From positions 5,580,001 to 5,644,000 of the forward strand of contig NC_086098.1 of assembly GCF_963921235.1 (NCBI RefSeq): 64,000 nt of DNA. The letters are read 5' to 3'. The notes under the pieces were generated by a model, which was given only the letters and a program-made list of their open reading frames with translations, was not told where the DNA came from and did no database searches. Positions 24,168-36,937 of the stretch are shown here, piece by piece. Each line of letters opens with the position of its first letter. Positions within the stretch are counted from its first letter, which is position 1. The DNA comes from Mobula hypostoma. Lineage: Eukaryota. The translations under genes were made by a program, and so were the position numbers.

Positions 24168-24875
24168 CATAGTCATAGTCATAATCATACTTTATTGATC
24201 CCGGGGGAAATTGGTTTTCGTTACAGTTGCACCATAAATAATAAATAGTAATAGAATCATAAACAGTTAGATAGTAATATGTAAATTATGCCTGTAAATT
24301 ATGAAATAAGTCCAGGACCAGCCTATCGGCTCAGGGTTTCTGACCCTCCAAGGGGGGAGTTGTAAAGTTTGATGGCCACAGGCAGGAATGACTTCCTCTG
24401 ACGCTCTGTGCTGCATCTCAGTGGAATGAGTCTCTGGCTGAATGTACTCCTGTGCCCACCCAGTACATTATGTAGCGGAAGGGAGACATTGTCCAAGATG
24501 GCAGACAACTTAGACAGCATCCTCTTTTCAGACACCACCATCAGAGAGTCCAGTTCCATCCCCACAACATCACTGGCCTTATGAATGAGTTTGTTGATTC
24601 TGTTGATGTCTGCTACCCCCAGCCTGCTGCCCCAGCACACAACAGCAAACATGATCGCACTAGCCACCACAGACTCGTAGGACATCCTCAGCATCGTCCG
24701 GCAGATGTTAAAGGACCTCAGTCTCCTCAGGAAATAGAGACGGCTCTGACCCTTTTTGTAGACAGCCTCAGTGTTCTTTGACCAGTCCAGTTTATTGTCA
24801 ATTTGTATCCCCAGGTATTTGTAATCCTCCACCATGTCCACACTGACCCCCTGGATGGAAACAGGGGTCACCGGT
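24168..24875 (-). mobile_element. Rex1/Babar 3' fragment, well preserved
   Basis: ORF 24323-24910 YKYLGIQIDNKLDWSKNTEAVYKKGQSRLYFLRRLRSF; (ACTATG)n tail. Confidence 0.9.
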
Positions 24876-25679
24876 ATCTTATCAAAGGCAAAGCAGAGCA
24901 GACCACACACTGTGTCAGGTCCACAAAGCCACCCAAAATGGCTGGAAATTGCAGCAGAAACCCCATTTACCCCATTTTTACCAGCGCCGGAATAAACTTG
25001 CCTTTGATGTGGGGATTGAGAGTTGTTTTCTCATCCAAACTGAGAGTTTAAGTGCTGGAGGAGCTACATGCCGGTTATCCAGGGATGGTCAAAGTAAAAT
25101 TGTTGGCTCAAAGCTGTGTCTGGTAGCCTGGGAGACATCTGCAAGTTCAGCAACCGCTCAGGATGCCAACACGTCCAGAAGATGCCAAGAGCTGCATTCT
25201 TCATCCCTGGGATTCATCTGAATTCCCTGGCAGAGGAGTCATGTTGATTTTGCTAGAACATTCATGGAGACAAATTTCTTGGTAATCGTGGATGTAGCTA
25301 CAAAGCAGCCAGAAGTGTTCCCAGCTGCCTCTACTCCAGCCTCACACTGTTGATGTGGTGAAAAGCCTCTGCTCAAACACTGGAGTTCCAGAACACTTAG
25401 TCAGTGACAACAGACCAAAGTTTGTTGCGGAACAGTTTCAGTCATTCTTGAAAAGGAATGGAATAAGACATTACAATTATTTATTTATTTATTTGGATAC
25501 AGCACAGAACAGGCCCTCCCAGTCCTTTGAGCCAGGTCGCCCTGCGATACCCAGATTTAATCTTCGCCTAGTCATGGGACAATTAACCTACTAACCAGTA
25601 CGTCTTTGGAGTAAGGGATGAAACTGGAGCACCCAGTGGAAACCCATGAGGTCACAGGAAGAATGTACAAGCTTTTATT

Positions 25680-26945
25680 ATTGGCTAATCTGCCCTCATC
25701 TTTTCCCTTCTTTTAGCTTTTTTAGTTGCCTTTTGTTTGATGTTAAAAGCATCCCAATCATCCATTGTCCCACTCACTTTTGCTACCTTATATGCTCTTT
25801 CCTTGGCTTTTATGCAGTCCATAACTTGCTTTGTCAGCCACAGTTGCCTACACCTGCCATTTGAGAACAAATTATTGTGTGGGACGTATCTATGCTGTGC
25901 CTTGTGAACTATTCTCAGAAACTTCAGCCATCTCCGCCGTGCCATCATCCCCACCAGTATCCTCTTCCAATCTACCTGGGCAAGCTCCTCTCTCATGCCG
26001 CTGTAATTCCCCTTATTCCACTGTGAAACTGAAACAAGTGATTCATGCTTCTCTCTCTCAAACTGCAGTATTACAATCATACTGTAACCACTGCCTCCTA
26101 AGGGTTCCTTTACATAAGAAATAGGAGCAGGAGTAGGCCATCCGGCCCAGTGAGCCTGCCCCGCTACATAACATTAAGCTCCCTAAAAAATCAGGGTTAT
26201 TACACAACACCCAATCTCATATAGCTTTTCCCCGAGTAGGCTCAAGCACAATCTGCTCTAAAAAGCCATCTCATAGGCGTTCAACAAATTCCCTCTCTTG
26301 TGATTTGACACCAACCTGATTTTCCTAATCCCCTTGCATATTGATGTCCCCCATTATGATTGTGTCATTACCCCTATTACATGACTTTTCCAGCTCCCTT
26401 TACAATCTCAAGTCCACATCTTAGTTATTATTTGAAGGTCTATACAGTATATGATTCCCATAATGGATGTTTACCCTTGTAGTTTCTTAACACCACCCAC
26501 AAAGGTTCAACATTCTCTGACCCTGTGTCACCTCTTTCTAAGGATATAATTCCATTTCTTACCAACAGAGCCACACCACTGCCTGTGCCTTCCTGCCTGT
26601 CCTTCCAATACAAAGTGCATTGTCTGATGTTAAGTTCCCAACTATGGCCTTCTTTCAACCGTGATTCAGTGACCAATCTCTAACTGCACCACAAATCCGT
26701 GCACCTTATTCTGAATGCTATTTAAATAAAGCATTCTTCATCTTTTTGAACTTTGCCTCTGTGGTATAATTTAACTCTTTGCTCTGCCTGTATTTGTACC
26801 CAATCATTGGCTTGTCCTTCCTTACATTCACATTACACCCATCATCTACTTGTAAACCTGCTGGCTCATCCTCAGCTCTATTATACTGGTTCCCGTCCCC
26901 CTGACATGTTAGTTTAAACCACTTTCAACAGCTCTAGTAAACCTG
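25680..26945 (-). mobile_element. CR1 ORF2 endonuclease/tether fragment
   Basis: VTESRLKEGHSWELNI...DRQEGTGSGVALLVR and WNKGNYSGMREELAQVDW. Confidence 0.8.
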
Positions 26946-26949
26946 GAGA

Positions 26950-27540
26950 AGGAGAAAACATCAGAATGAAAAGGTGGAGCTTTGGGAAGGAGGATAGCTA
27001 GATGGTAGCAGGCGAAGACAGATGAGTGGGAAAGGGAAAGAGGAGGGCACCCAGGGAGGGTGTCAAAAGAGGTAAAAGGCCAGAGTTGGGAATAGAAGAG
27101 AGGAGGGGGACAGTTTTTTTTTAACGGAAGGAGAGGTCGATATTCATGCCATCAGATTGGAGTCTACCCAGACAGAATATTAAGTGTTGCTCCTCCACCA
27201 TGAGGGTGGCCTCATCAAGAGGAGGCCATGGACTGTCATGTCAGAATAGGAATGGAAATTGGATTAAAAATGTTTGGCCACTGGAAAGTTCCTCTTTTGC
27301 TGGATGGAGCAGAGGGGCTTAAGAAAGTGTTCCCCCAATTTACTGCAGACCTCACCAACGTAGAGATCACAATGAGAGCACTGGACACAATAGACGACCA
27401 AAGCAAATTCACTGGTGAAGTGTTGCCTCACTCGGAAGGACTGCTGGGCTTGATTGGAGGTGAGGGAAGAGATGAATGGGCAGGTGTAGCACAGGCTGCT
27501 TGCAGGCATATAATCTAGGGAGGGAAATTAGTGGGGAGGG
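26950..27540 (-). mobile_element. Penelope-like family A GIY-YIG fragment
   Basis: FRVRQHFTSEFALVVYCVQCSHCDLYVGE...FPVAKHF. Confidence 0.8.
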
Positions 27541-27852
27541 ACAAGATCACAAGATCACAAGACAAAGGAGCAGAATTAGGCCATTCGGCCCATCAAGTCT
27601 GCTCTGCAGCTCCCCCACGAGCTAAACTATTCACCCATCTAGTTCCAATTTCCAGCTTTTTCCCCATATCCCTTGATACCCTGACTAATTAGATACCTGT
27701 CAATCTCCTCCTTAAACACCCTCAATGATCAGGCCTCCACAGCTGTATGCGGCAACGAATTCCACAAATCCACGACCCTCTGGCTAAAAAAATTTCTCCT
27801 CATCTCTGTTTTAACTGGGTACCCTCTAATTCTAAGACTACGGCCTCTTGTC
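27541..27852 (-). mobile_element. CR1 3' end
   Basis: TRGRSLRIRGYPVKTEMRRNFFSQRVVDLWNSLP; (TCTTGTGA)n tail. Confidence 0.85.
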
Positions 27853-29039
27853 AAATGGACAAGGGACTTACAGAAGGAGCAGAAAGTGAAGAGAGTTGGG
27901 TTGGTTAAGGTATGTTTAGTTGTAGGTTCTGGGTCATCCCTTGCCTTCACATTTGGAGCTGCTCAAACCCAATTTCAGAAGGAGTATGTAGGGAAAACAG
28001 CTGAGACCTTAAACAGGGAGATTTGATGTTTCACTCCTGTACAAGCAGTCCTGGTGAGGGACTACAGAGGTAATCAAAAGTGGATACTCGAAAAGCTTAA
28101 GGAGAGAACTGGACCTCCGACACAGTGGAGATTGCATCTGATGTCATCTGGAGATGACACAGTGATCAATTGAGGAGAGCAGAGAGAAATTGTTAGAGAA
28201 GAAAGATGTCCAGAGCTGTCAGAACCATTTCCTGCAGTCCCAGAGTCAATTCCTACAACCACCACAGAGGAGGACCTGAGGTTGTTTCACAGCCACAAGT
28301 CTCATCTGCCAAGCAGAGTGAACTCCCTTGTCAGGAAATCTGATATCCCACAGTGTAAGAAAGCCTCCATAGCGATTAAATCTTTAGGCCTGAATGAGAT
28401 AATTGAAAAATTGACTTTGTTGTGGATGTCTGTATAGTAGCTATATTATGTAGTATACAGTGTGTATAGCTGAAATGCATTCCATATTGAGTTGGAGTTT
28501 ATAGCTAAGCAGGGAGAAATGTGTATTTGATATTTAAGTACTATCATAAATATACTGTGTGATTAAGCTTTCTTGTTCATTTAAATAATTAATTATGTGT
28601 TATACATAAATTACATCAATAGTGTATGTCAGCATGCCACTACTTGATAAGTGCTTGCCTCACTTCAGGTAGAACACTAAGTTAGACTCGCAATTTGGAC
28701 TCCAGATTCGATTTGTTTTTTCATTGGTTTAATGTTCTGTGGTTACAAAGCATTACAGCCAGCACTTTAATTGACGCAGAGTAATGGAGCTGTCCACGCG
28801 GTCATGTTCGGTCAACGGCTGCTGTTACACGCTCCGTTCTCAACCTCGCTAAATCCCCCAGGAGATGCCAAAAGTGCCGGATCATTTCACTGGCTCAAAA
28901 CTACATCCTAAACATGGAAATTACAGGCTGCAGTGAACTGCAGTCCAGGAAGAGGAGTATATTTAAAAGAAGAGTGTCTAGTAGTTTTATGAGCTGTCTG
29001 CTGGGTGTCACCATTGGTCACTGGGCCATCGTGCAAAGC

Positions 29040-29370
29040 ACAGTGCTGCAGTAGTCAGTGTGATGTTTTACAGTTCCAGCTGTAAGATTGGGGATTCTAA
29101 TCCCACTCATCACTCTCAGTAAGGAGTTTGTATCTTCTCCCCATGACCATGTGGCTTTCCTCTGGGTGCTCTGGTTTCCTCCCACATTCCAAAGTCATAC
29201 AGTATGGTTAGGTTTAATAAGTTGTGTACATGTTATGTTAGCACCAGACACATGGTGACAGATACAGGCTGCTCCCAGCACATCTTCAGACTGTGTTCGT
29301 CATTGACACAATCAACGTATTTCACTTTATGTTTTGACATAGTGTACATATGACAAATAATGCTTTTCTC
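29040..29370 (+). mobile_element. V-domain tRNA SINE (HE1-like)
   Basis: ggagtttgtatcttctccccatgaccatgtggctttcctctgggtgctctggtttcctcccacattccaaag. Confidence 0.75.
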
Positions 29371-29504
29371 ACTTTAATCTCCACAAACTCCATACAATTG
29401 GTGGTGGGAATTGAGCCCCGGTTACTCGTGCTGTAATATTGCTACATCAAATGGAATGTCACATCAATGTACCAAATCAACCCCAAAATCAGGCCAAAGA
29501 GCCC

Positions 29505-29625
29505 AAACATCAGCCAGGTGTCCCAGAAAAAGCCAGGGTCCCTACATCAGCCTGGTATCCCAGCAACAGCCAGGTCCCAACATCAGCCTGGCCTAGTGTC
29601 CCAGCAACAGCCAGGGTCCCTACAT
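29505..29625. repeat. Short degenerate tandem array
   Basis: Repeats of agccagggtccctacatcagcctgg...tcccagcaac. Confidence 0.7.
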
Positions 29626-30219
29626 CATAAATTGAACTTCAACACGTGTCATAGAACTCCTACAAAGCTGCTAAGTCACCAGACCAGCCCACAAAAAAAC
29701 CTATATTAGTCCACAGAAGGAGTATAAGGTCCAGCATTGACCACAGAACTATACTATCAGTCTGTAGCCTGACCAAATTCCAGAGCTCTGCTAATGGCCC
29801 ATGGAGCTTCATCATAATTCCAGTGAATCACAGAACAGTTACTGTATAACATTAAAGTGGACACCATTTATTCCATTAGAGTAATAGGACACTACAGCAT
29901 AGAAATGGGCTATGTGGTGAACTTGGTCCTGTTCACAGCAAAGGTGTTGAGTGGAGAGGGTTGAAAGCTTCAAGTTCCAGGGCGTGAGCCTCACCAATAG
30001 CCCGTCCTAGTTCAAGCACATGATGCCATGTTTGATATCTTTTTGCAAATATTGGCAGTTTTCTTCTCAATATTTTCACTAATTTTTGTAAGTTTGGTTC
30101 TTGACTCGCCTAATAAGTATCTTTGCACTGAAGTGTTAAGTGACTCCAGCATTTTTTCTTTGGTCATGACCCACTTATCTAACAACTCTTTATACTTTTT
30201 GCTGCCTCAGTACACCTAA

Positions 30220-30545
30220 TACCTAATGGCTCCGTCTGTCTAAGTAGACAATGGATGCGCCCGGTTCTGGGGCGCAGACCTGGGCGATGAAAATGGAGAT
30301 CCTGGGCTACCCAGACATCAAGATCCCCCTCTCGGCCTCGCGGATGTGGTCTAAAGGAATGTGAAGCAGTACAGTTGGCATCAGCTTGGCTGCAGGAGCT
30401 GCCGGGAGGTGACATGATACGTCATCCAACCACCTTAGGGGCTCCACTCTGGATTTGTGCGGGGTTTACTCCTTAGCCTTCTCTTCTCCCGAATACCCAC
30501 AAGGCAGTGGGATCCGTAACCCTGGATAGGGGCCCATACCAGGTA
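30220..30545 (-). mobile_element. Non-autonomous RTE-related element, third family
   Basis: Shares blocks (ggggtttactcc..agcctt, cacaaggcag, cagtt.ggca.cag) with 35449-35995. Confidence 0.55.
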
Positions 30546-31001
30546 CTGTCAGCCGGAGCCAGCTGAGCCCGGGACTCGAGTAAGGCAGGGTCGTCACGCC
30601 CTGCAGTAGTACAGCAGCCAGCATAATCAAAGACCCCACCTACCCCAGACATCGTTTCTTTTCTCTGGTCCCATTAGGCAGAAGGTATTGAAGCATGAAA
30701 GCATTTAGCAATAGGCTCAAGTACAACTTCTACCCTGCTGCTATATGACTAGCGAATGGTTCCCGTGTGGTAAGAGGAACTCTTAATCTCAATGTGAGAA
30801 GCATTTAGTAACGGCACAAGTGCAGAGGGAGAGAAGGACACTGAATGAACAGTTCACTCTGTTATATTAACAACTGTACGGTCTAAAGGAAAAAAACAAA
30901 TGCTGGGCCAACAGGACCGCTAACTAAAAACTTCCAAGTTAACTTAAAACAAACTCTGTTGCTGTGGCTCAAAAGCAGTAACCCAGAACTAAAATTACAC
31001 A

Positions 31002-31192
31002 ACAGCACACACAAAATGCTGGTGGAACACAACAGGTCAGGCAGCATCCATAGGAAGAAGCACAGTCAACGTTTCAGCCCGAGACGTCGACTGTGCTTCT
31101 TCCTAAGGATGCTGCCTGGCCTGCTGCGTTCACCAGCATTTTGTGTGCGTTGCTTGAATTTCCGGCATCTGCAGATTTCCTCGTGTTTGCCT
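31002..31192. mobile_element. Penelope-derived fold-back insert
   Basis: Inverted arms at about 31005-31072 and 31083-31148; 14-bp TSD actaa(a/g)attacaca at 30988-31001 and 31193-31206. Confidence 0.8.
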
Positions 31193-31639
31193 ACTAAGAT
31201 TACACAGCTTTTTTAACAGCATCTATCTGAATCTCTACCCTTCCTTCCCAGAATGTTGACTAAAGGAAGCAGGGAACATTGTTATCGCTGTGCTTTGATC
31301 AAGACTCGACAGGACTGACACACCAGGAAGAGAGCTAAATACAATTACAAACAAAAAGTTGGCTGGAATGTGTAATTGCTGTCTTCTTTCAGCTCCCGCC
31401 AGTAAGTGCTCCCAGACTCTGTGGCCGTGTCCGTAGCTGAGACAGAAAATGCCTTGTCATAACTTTGCACCTTATTGCCAACCTGCAGTGCAGTTTCCCT
31501 GTACTTTATTCTGATTTTGGTAATTGTTTCAAACTACTGTGTAATGAATTGATCTGTATGAACTCTATGCAAGACAAGTTTTTCGCTGTGTCTCTGTACA
31601 TGTAACAAGAATAAACCAATTCCAATTCTTTTCTTTGGA

Positions 31640-31910
31640 GATACAGCATGGAATGGGCATTTCCAGACACTGAGCTGTGCTGCCCAGCAAACCACCGTAT
31701 TAACCCTAGCCTAATCACAGAACAATTGAAAATAACCAATTAACCTGCTGACTAATATGTCTACGGACTGTGGGAGGAGACTGGAACAGCTGGAGGAAAC
31801 CCCCAAAGACACAGGGAGAACATACAGACGCCTTACAAACCACATTGGGGTTGAACTCCAAACTGCAACACCTCAAGCTCTATTAGTGTCTATCGCTACC
31901 GTGGCACCCC
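31640..31910 (-). mobile_element. V-domain tRNA SINE
   Basis: ggactgtgggaggagactggaacagctggaggaaacc...gggagaacatacagac. Confidence 0.7.
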
Positions 31911-32419
31911 ATTCCCTGGCAGTACGTTCTAGACCCCGATTATTTAATGTAGAAATATATTGAGTCCCTATTTCTCTTTTACTCTTTTTGCTAATCACTC
32001 CTGCCCTCAAGTTCTAGATCTGTTCATCAGCGAGGGTATTCTTTCTTTGCATTTCCTAAAGCTCCGACATCAGCCCAAAACTCTGACAAACGTTCAACAA
32101 GACCTGACAGGAACCTACAGGGACCTAACATCCACTCAAGATCCAACTATGACTCTGAGATCCAACAGTAGCAAGGAGCTGCAGTCTCACAGACTGAACC
32201 ATAATGCTGGCACACAATGATATCGAGGAGTGTGACATTTTCAATCTATCTTTTGGGACCTGCCATTTACTGATGAAGTGTTGAAAGTTCTTTACTTTAG
32301 ACATTTATACTTTTGTGATCTATTACTAGGATTTACTAAAAAATTATTTCAGGTATATAGTGGGTAATATTTTTTCATGGGATATAAACACACAAGCAGG
32401 TAAACTATGATAGTTTGCT

Positions 32420-33140
32420 CTGAGGTGGAGAAGGTCAGTAACTTTAAGTTCTTTGGTATTATCATTTCAGAGAATCTGTCCTGGGACCAGCACGCAAGTG
32501 CCGTCACAAAGAAGGCATGACAGCACCTTTACTCTCTTAGAAGTTTGTGTAGATTTGGCATGACATCTAAAACTTTGACAAACTTCTACAGATGAACAGT
32601 GGAGCGTATTCTGGCTGCTAGCGTCATGGCCTGGTTTGGAAACACCTGAGCTCCGAAAGTCTACAGAAAGTGGTAGACGCAGCCCAGGCAATCACAGGCA
32701 ACACCCTCCCAACCATTGACCACATCTACAAGGAACCCAGCCACAAGAAAGGAGCATCCATCATCGAGGAAACCCACCATCCAGCCCATGTTCTCTTCTT
32801 GCTACATGCATTGGGCAGGAGGTACAAGAACTTTAGGTCCCACGTCACCAGATTCAGAAACAATTATTAGGCTACAACCAGCGTGCTCCTGAACCAGTGT
32901 GGATATCTTCACTCACCTCAACTCTGAGCTGATTCCACAATCTATGGACTCCCTTTCAAGGACTCTGCGACTCTGTTCTTGGTATTATTTATTTATTTAT
33001 TTGCACATCAGTTGCTTTTCAGTCCTTGTTAATGTATAGTTTTTCATAAATTCAATTGTATTTCTTTATTTCCCTGTAAATGCCTGCAAGAAAATGAATC
33101 TCAAATTAGTATATGGTGACAGAAGCCTACTTTGATAATG
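32420..33140 (+). mobile_element. Rex1/Babar 3' fragment
   Basis: VEKVSNFKF...VDAAQAITGNTLPTIDHIY...GRRYKNFRSHVTRFRNNY. Confidence 0.8.
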
Positions 33141-34080
33141 ATCTCCGCATCCAGCACATAATTATCCGTAACTTCCGCCATCTCCAACAGGATCCCACCA
33201 CCAAGTACACCTTTCACTTCCTCTCACTTTCTGCTTTCCGTAGGGATCGCTCCCTACATGGCTCCCTTGTCCATTCGTCCCTCCCCAGTGATCTCCCTCC
33301 TGGCACTTATCATTGCAAGCTGAACAAGTACTACCCCTCATTACCATTCAGGGCCCCAAACAGTCCTTCCAGGTGAGGTAACACTTCAGTTGTGAGTCTT
33401 TTGGGGTCACATACTGTGTCCAGTGATCCCAGTGTGGCCTCCTGTATACCACTGAGACTCGACGTAGATTGGGAGACCAATTCGCTGATCACCTAAGCTC
33501 TGGTTGCCAGAAAGAGCCGGATCTCCCGGTGGGCACCCATTTTAATTCCACTTCCCATTCCCATTCCCATTCTGATATGTCTATCCGTGGCCTCCTCCAC
33601 TGGTTGGAGGAAGAACACCTTATATTCTGTCTGGGTAGCCTCCAACTTGATGCCATGAATATTAATTCCTCGGACTTCTGGTAATGCCCCCCACCCGTCA
33701 TCATTTCCCATCTCCTTTATCCTCTCACACCTTATCTCCTTACCTGCCCATCACCTCCCTCTGGAGCTCCTCCCTCCCTTTTCTTTCTTCCATGGTCTTC
33801 TGCCCTCTCCTATCTTCAGCCCTGTATCTCTTTCACCAATCAACTTCCCTGCTCTTCACTTCATCCCACCCGCTTCAGGTTTCATCTATCACCTTGTGTT
33901 TCTTTCTCCGCTCCCCCTACCTTTTAAATCTACTCTTCAGCTTTTTTTTCCAGTTCTGACGAAGGGTTTCGGCCCAAAACGTCAACTGTACATTTTTCAT
34001 AGATGCTGCCTGGCCTGCTGAGGTCGTGCAGCATTTTGTGTTGGTTGATTTCCAGCATCTGAGGGTTTTCTCCTGTTTGC
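33140..34080 (+). mobile_element. Penelope-like family A 3' fragment with a decayed hammerhead at 33951-33988
   Basis: RNFRHLQQDPTTK...AFRRDRSL, GIY-YIG remnant; cagttctgacgaagggtttcggcccaaaacgtcaactg. Confidence 0.85.
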
Positions 34081-34317
34081 TGATAATAAATTTACTTGCC
34101 TTCGACTATGTTGGGATGCAGAGTTGAATGGACGAATTTCAATGTTGTGTTCTATCTTTGAGTTAGATCCAAAAATGTAAATCAATATGACAGCAAATAC
34201 CAGAGCTGTCCGGCTGGAATCAGCTTCTTCCCCCCCAGATGCTGGACTCCTCAACACCCTGGTTCCACCCAGCACACACTTAAACCCTGTCTGAACACTC
34301 TGCCTCTCCCCTCCCCT

Positions 34318-35059
34318 CAAGATTCAAGATTCAAGATTCAAAAAACTTTATTGTCATTCTAACCATACATCAGCTCTGCAGGGCTGAATGAGACAGCGTT
34401 TTTCAGGGGCAGTGCAATCATAACATAACAAACACAACACTAAATAATAAACATAACAATAAATAGTAAAACACAACAGCCTCATGTCAGTTAAAATCAG
34501 TTATAAGTATCCAGTGCAAGTTAAAAGTGTCCAAAGCAGAGTCAGGTAGAGCATCTATTTAGCAGTCTGACTGCCTGTGGGAGGAAGCTGTTTAGTAGCC
34601 TTGTGGTTTTAGTTTTGATGCTCCTGTAACGTTTGCCTGATGTTCATGGAGAGGGTGTGAGGGGTCTTTAATGATGTACCGTGTCTTCAGGAGGCATCAA
34701 CTTTGAAAGAGGTCCTGGACAGAAGGTAGGGAGACCCCAATAACCTTCTCTGCTCCCCTAACCACCCTTTGCAAGACTTTTTTGTCGACAACACTGCAGC
34801 TGGAGTACCAGGTTGTGATGCAAAAGGTCAGCACACTCTCAACCACGCCTCTGTAGAATGTAGTTAAGATGTTAGTGGGGAGTGATGCTTGTTTAAGCTT
34901 CCTCAGAAAGTGCAATCTCTGCTGGGCCCATTTCACAATCCCAGTGGTGTTCCTGGACCAGGTGAGATTGTCCGAGATCTGCACCCCAAGGAACCTGATG
35001 TTTTCCACTCTCTCCACTGTGCAGCCACTGATGCTGAGGGGTGTGTGCTCACTCCCCAA
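34318..35059 (-). mobile_element. Rex1/Babar 3' fragment
   Basis: ORF 34697-35059 VERVENIRFLGVQISDNLTWS...AQQRLHFLRKLK; (TCTTGAA)n tail. Confidence 0.9.
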
Positions 35060-35448
35060 CTCACAGTCACATTCTCATTCTGCACTGGTCGCTTCTCATC
35101 TTTTACTTCTGCTGTTTCAGATACTTATACGACTGCTTTCTTTATTATAAGTGTTGGTAACATTATACTGTCTCATACAGTCATGCACCTCGTACTTCAC
35201 GTCAACCTGTCAATCTTCAGGCCCTGCCATATTACTTTGTGACTCTATGTGCTGGATCGTAACTATCTGCATTGTGTGTGACTGTATGTACTGTGTTTTG
35301 CACCTCAGTCCCAGAGGAATCATGCTTCCTTCAGCTGTATACATGTGAATGATTGAATATCAATAAACTTGAACTTGAATTACTTTGATAACACTCCTGC
35401 CTAGGCATGTCGCTATGGCACAGAGTTGACAGACATTATTGCTGAGAG

Positions 35449-35995
35449 TGAGGCCCTTCGCTGAGGTTGACCTGGATACTGCATCCTAGCTATCTGTGTA
35501 ATACACAAGCTGGTATGCAAGCCAGGGCAGTACGATACGGAGAGCAAGCTGTTGTCAATGTAACAGGCTCCCCCTCTCCCTGCAGCTGGTGAACCCGAAG
35601 GAACGACAGAGACCAATTAAACTTGGCACCAATAGCATTGCAAGAGTTGCCAGTCAGTGTTGAGCTCAATGTGGAAACTCCAGCTCTGGACTTTTCTTCA
35701 GGGTTTACTCCTGGAGTCTTCACAGCAGAGATTTGAGATCAGAGTTTTCCTTCTCGTTGATAGTTATCAACCATGGATAACAAGCTCCATCTGACCAAAG
35801 CGAATGGTTTCAAGGCGCCAGTAACCTGCCTTTGCCCCTTCTCCTGTCAATAGAAATGGTTCCACTGGGCTTCATGTGAAGGTCATGGGCTGTACTTGGC
35901 TGCCAGAGGCTATTTGAGACACACGCCATTGGGAGCATTTAATAGGTAGTGGGTGCTTATCCCCACTACCAGCCCCAGCTACGACAACGTTTAAA
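35449..35995 (-). mobile_element. Non-autonomous RTE-derived element (same family as 8100-8558)
   Basis: Collinear similarity; minus-strand hairpin ggtagtgggg-ataagc-acccactacc. Confidence 0.7.
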
Positions 35996-36937
35996 AACTC
36001 TGTATTCTGCTAAATATTAATGTCATTGTGAAGCCTCATGATACTCTGAACATTTTAGTTAGGAAGTCATGTTGTGGGACAACAGCTTGGGGTAGTGGAG
36101 GTATAATTTTGTCCATTTGTGCTGATCACCCCATCCTTGACTAAGCTGTTCCACCATGAACACGTCTGTTATGAGTCAACATGACGCTTTCAGATCAGGT
36201 CATGCATAGCACGTACCTCTGCCACACCGCTCAGGTGTGTTTCTGGGGTACAGGGGCTAGCGACCCTTGTACCTGTTCTATGTACTTGCTCCGAGTTGTA
36301 AATCTAAGCCTCGAACGGACGGATCTAAACGGAAATGACCCATGCCTACACATCGACTACGTGATAAGGAACTGCGAATCATGGAGGTAAACATACGTGG
36401 ACTCCGATCAAATATAGGTGACCTTGCCAACCTGTGCACTGAAGAGAAGCCTTGCATCATTATTGTTGTTGAAACATTCCTCCTCTCATCAGTCCCAGGT
36501 GGAGCAGACTGCATTACCCTCCCTGGCTACTCAGTGTTGCCACAGAGATTGGGAGGGGACATCAGGAGGGGGCATTGCTGTTTACTGTTTGGAGGGTATT
36601 GTGATACACCATAACCCTAGGAGAGATCCGAAAGACCTTGAACTCATGTGGTTCACTGTGGCTCTTCAATCACAGAAACTACTAACTGGTGCCATCACCG
36701 ACCTCCTAGTGCCAACAACGACGTTCTCGATTACCTGGACAATAACTCCTTCCCCAAGTTGACAGAGTTCAGTGCACAGTCTGTGATGCTTTTCGGGGAC
36801 TTCAACGTCCATCACCAAGACTGGCTGGGCTGCCGAACAACTGACAATGCTGGCCGGCCCACACTACAACTAGCTGATAGTCTTGGTCTGCAGCAGATTG
36901 TGTCAGACCCAATAAGGGGGGAGTACACCCTTGATTT

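Larger units (their letters stand above)
23555..28757 (+). mobile_element. Decayed Ty3/Gypsy LTR retrotransposon (RT/RNase H, integrase, PPT, 3' LTR) with nested insertions
   Basis: VCDPLSYGIGAIMSH...ERPI (RNase H); PWQRSHVDF and GVPEHLVSDNRPKFVAEQFQSFLKRNGIRH (integrase); VLVRDY (28010-28150); PPT agcagggagaaa followed by TG at 28520 and a CA near 28757. Confidence 0.8.

Noticed and set aside
30545..30605. Possible ribozyme remnant at the 5' end of the third RTE-type family (minus strand ...ccgg-gctcagctggctccg-gctga-cag)
   Set aside because: I could not assign P1, P2 and P3 partners; likely truncated or coincidental
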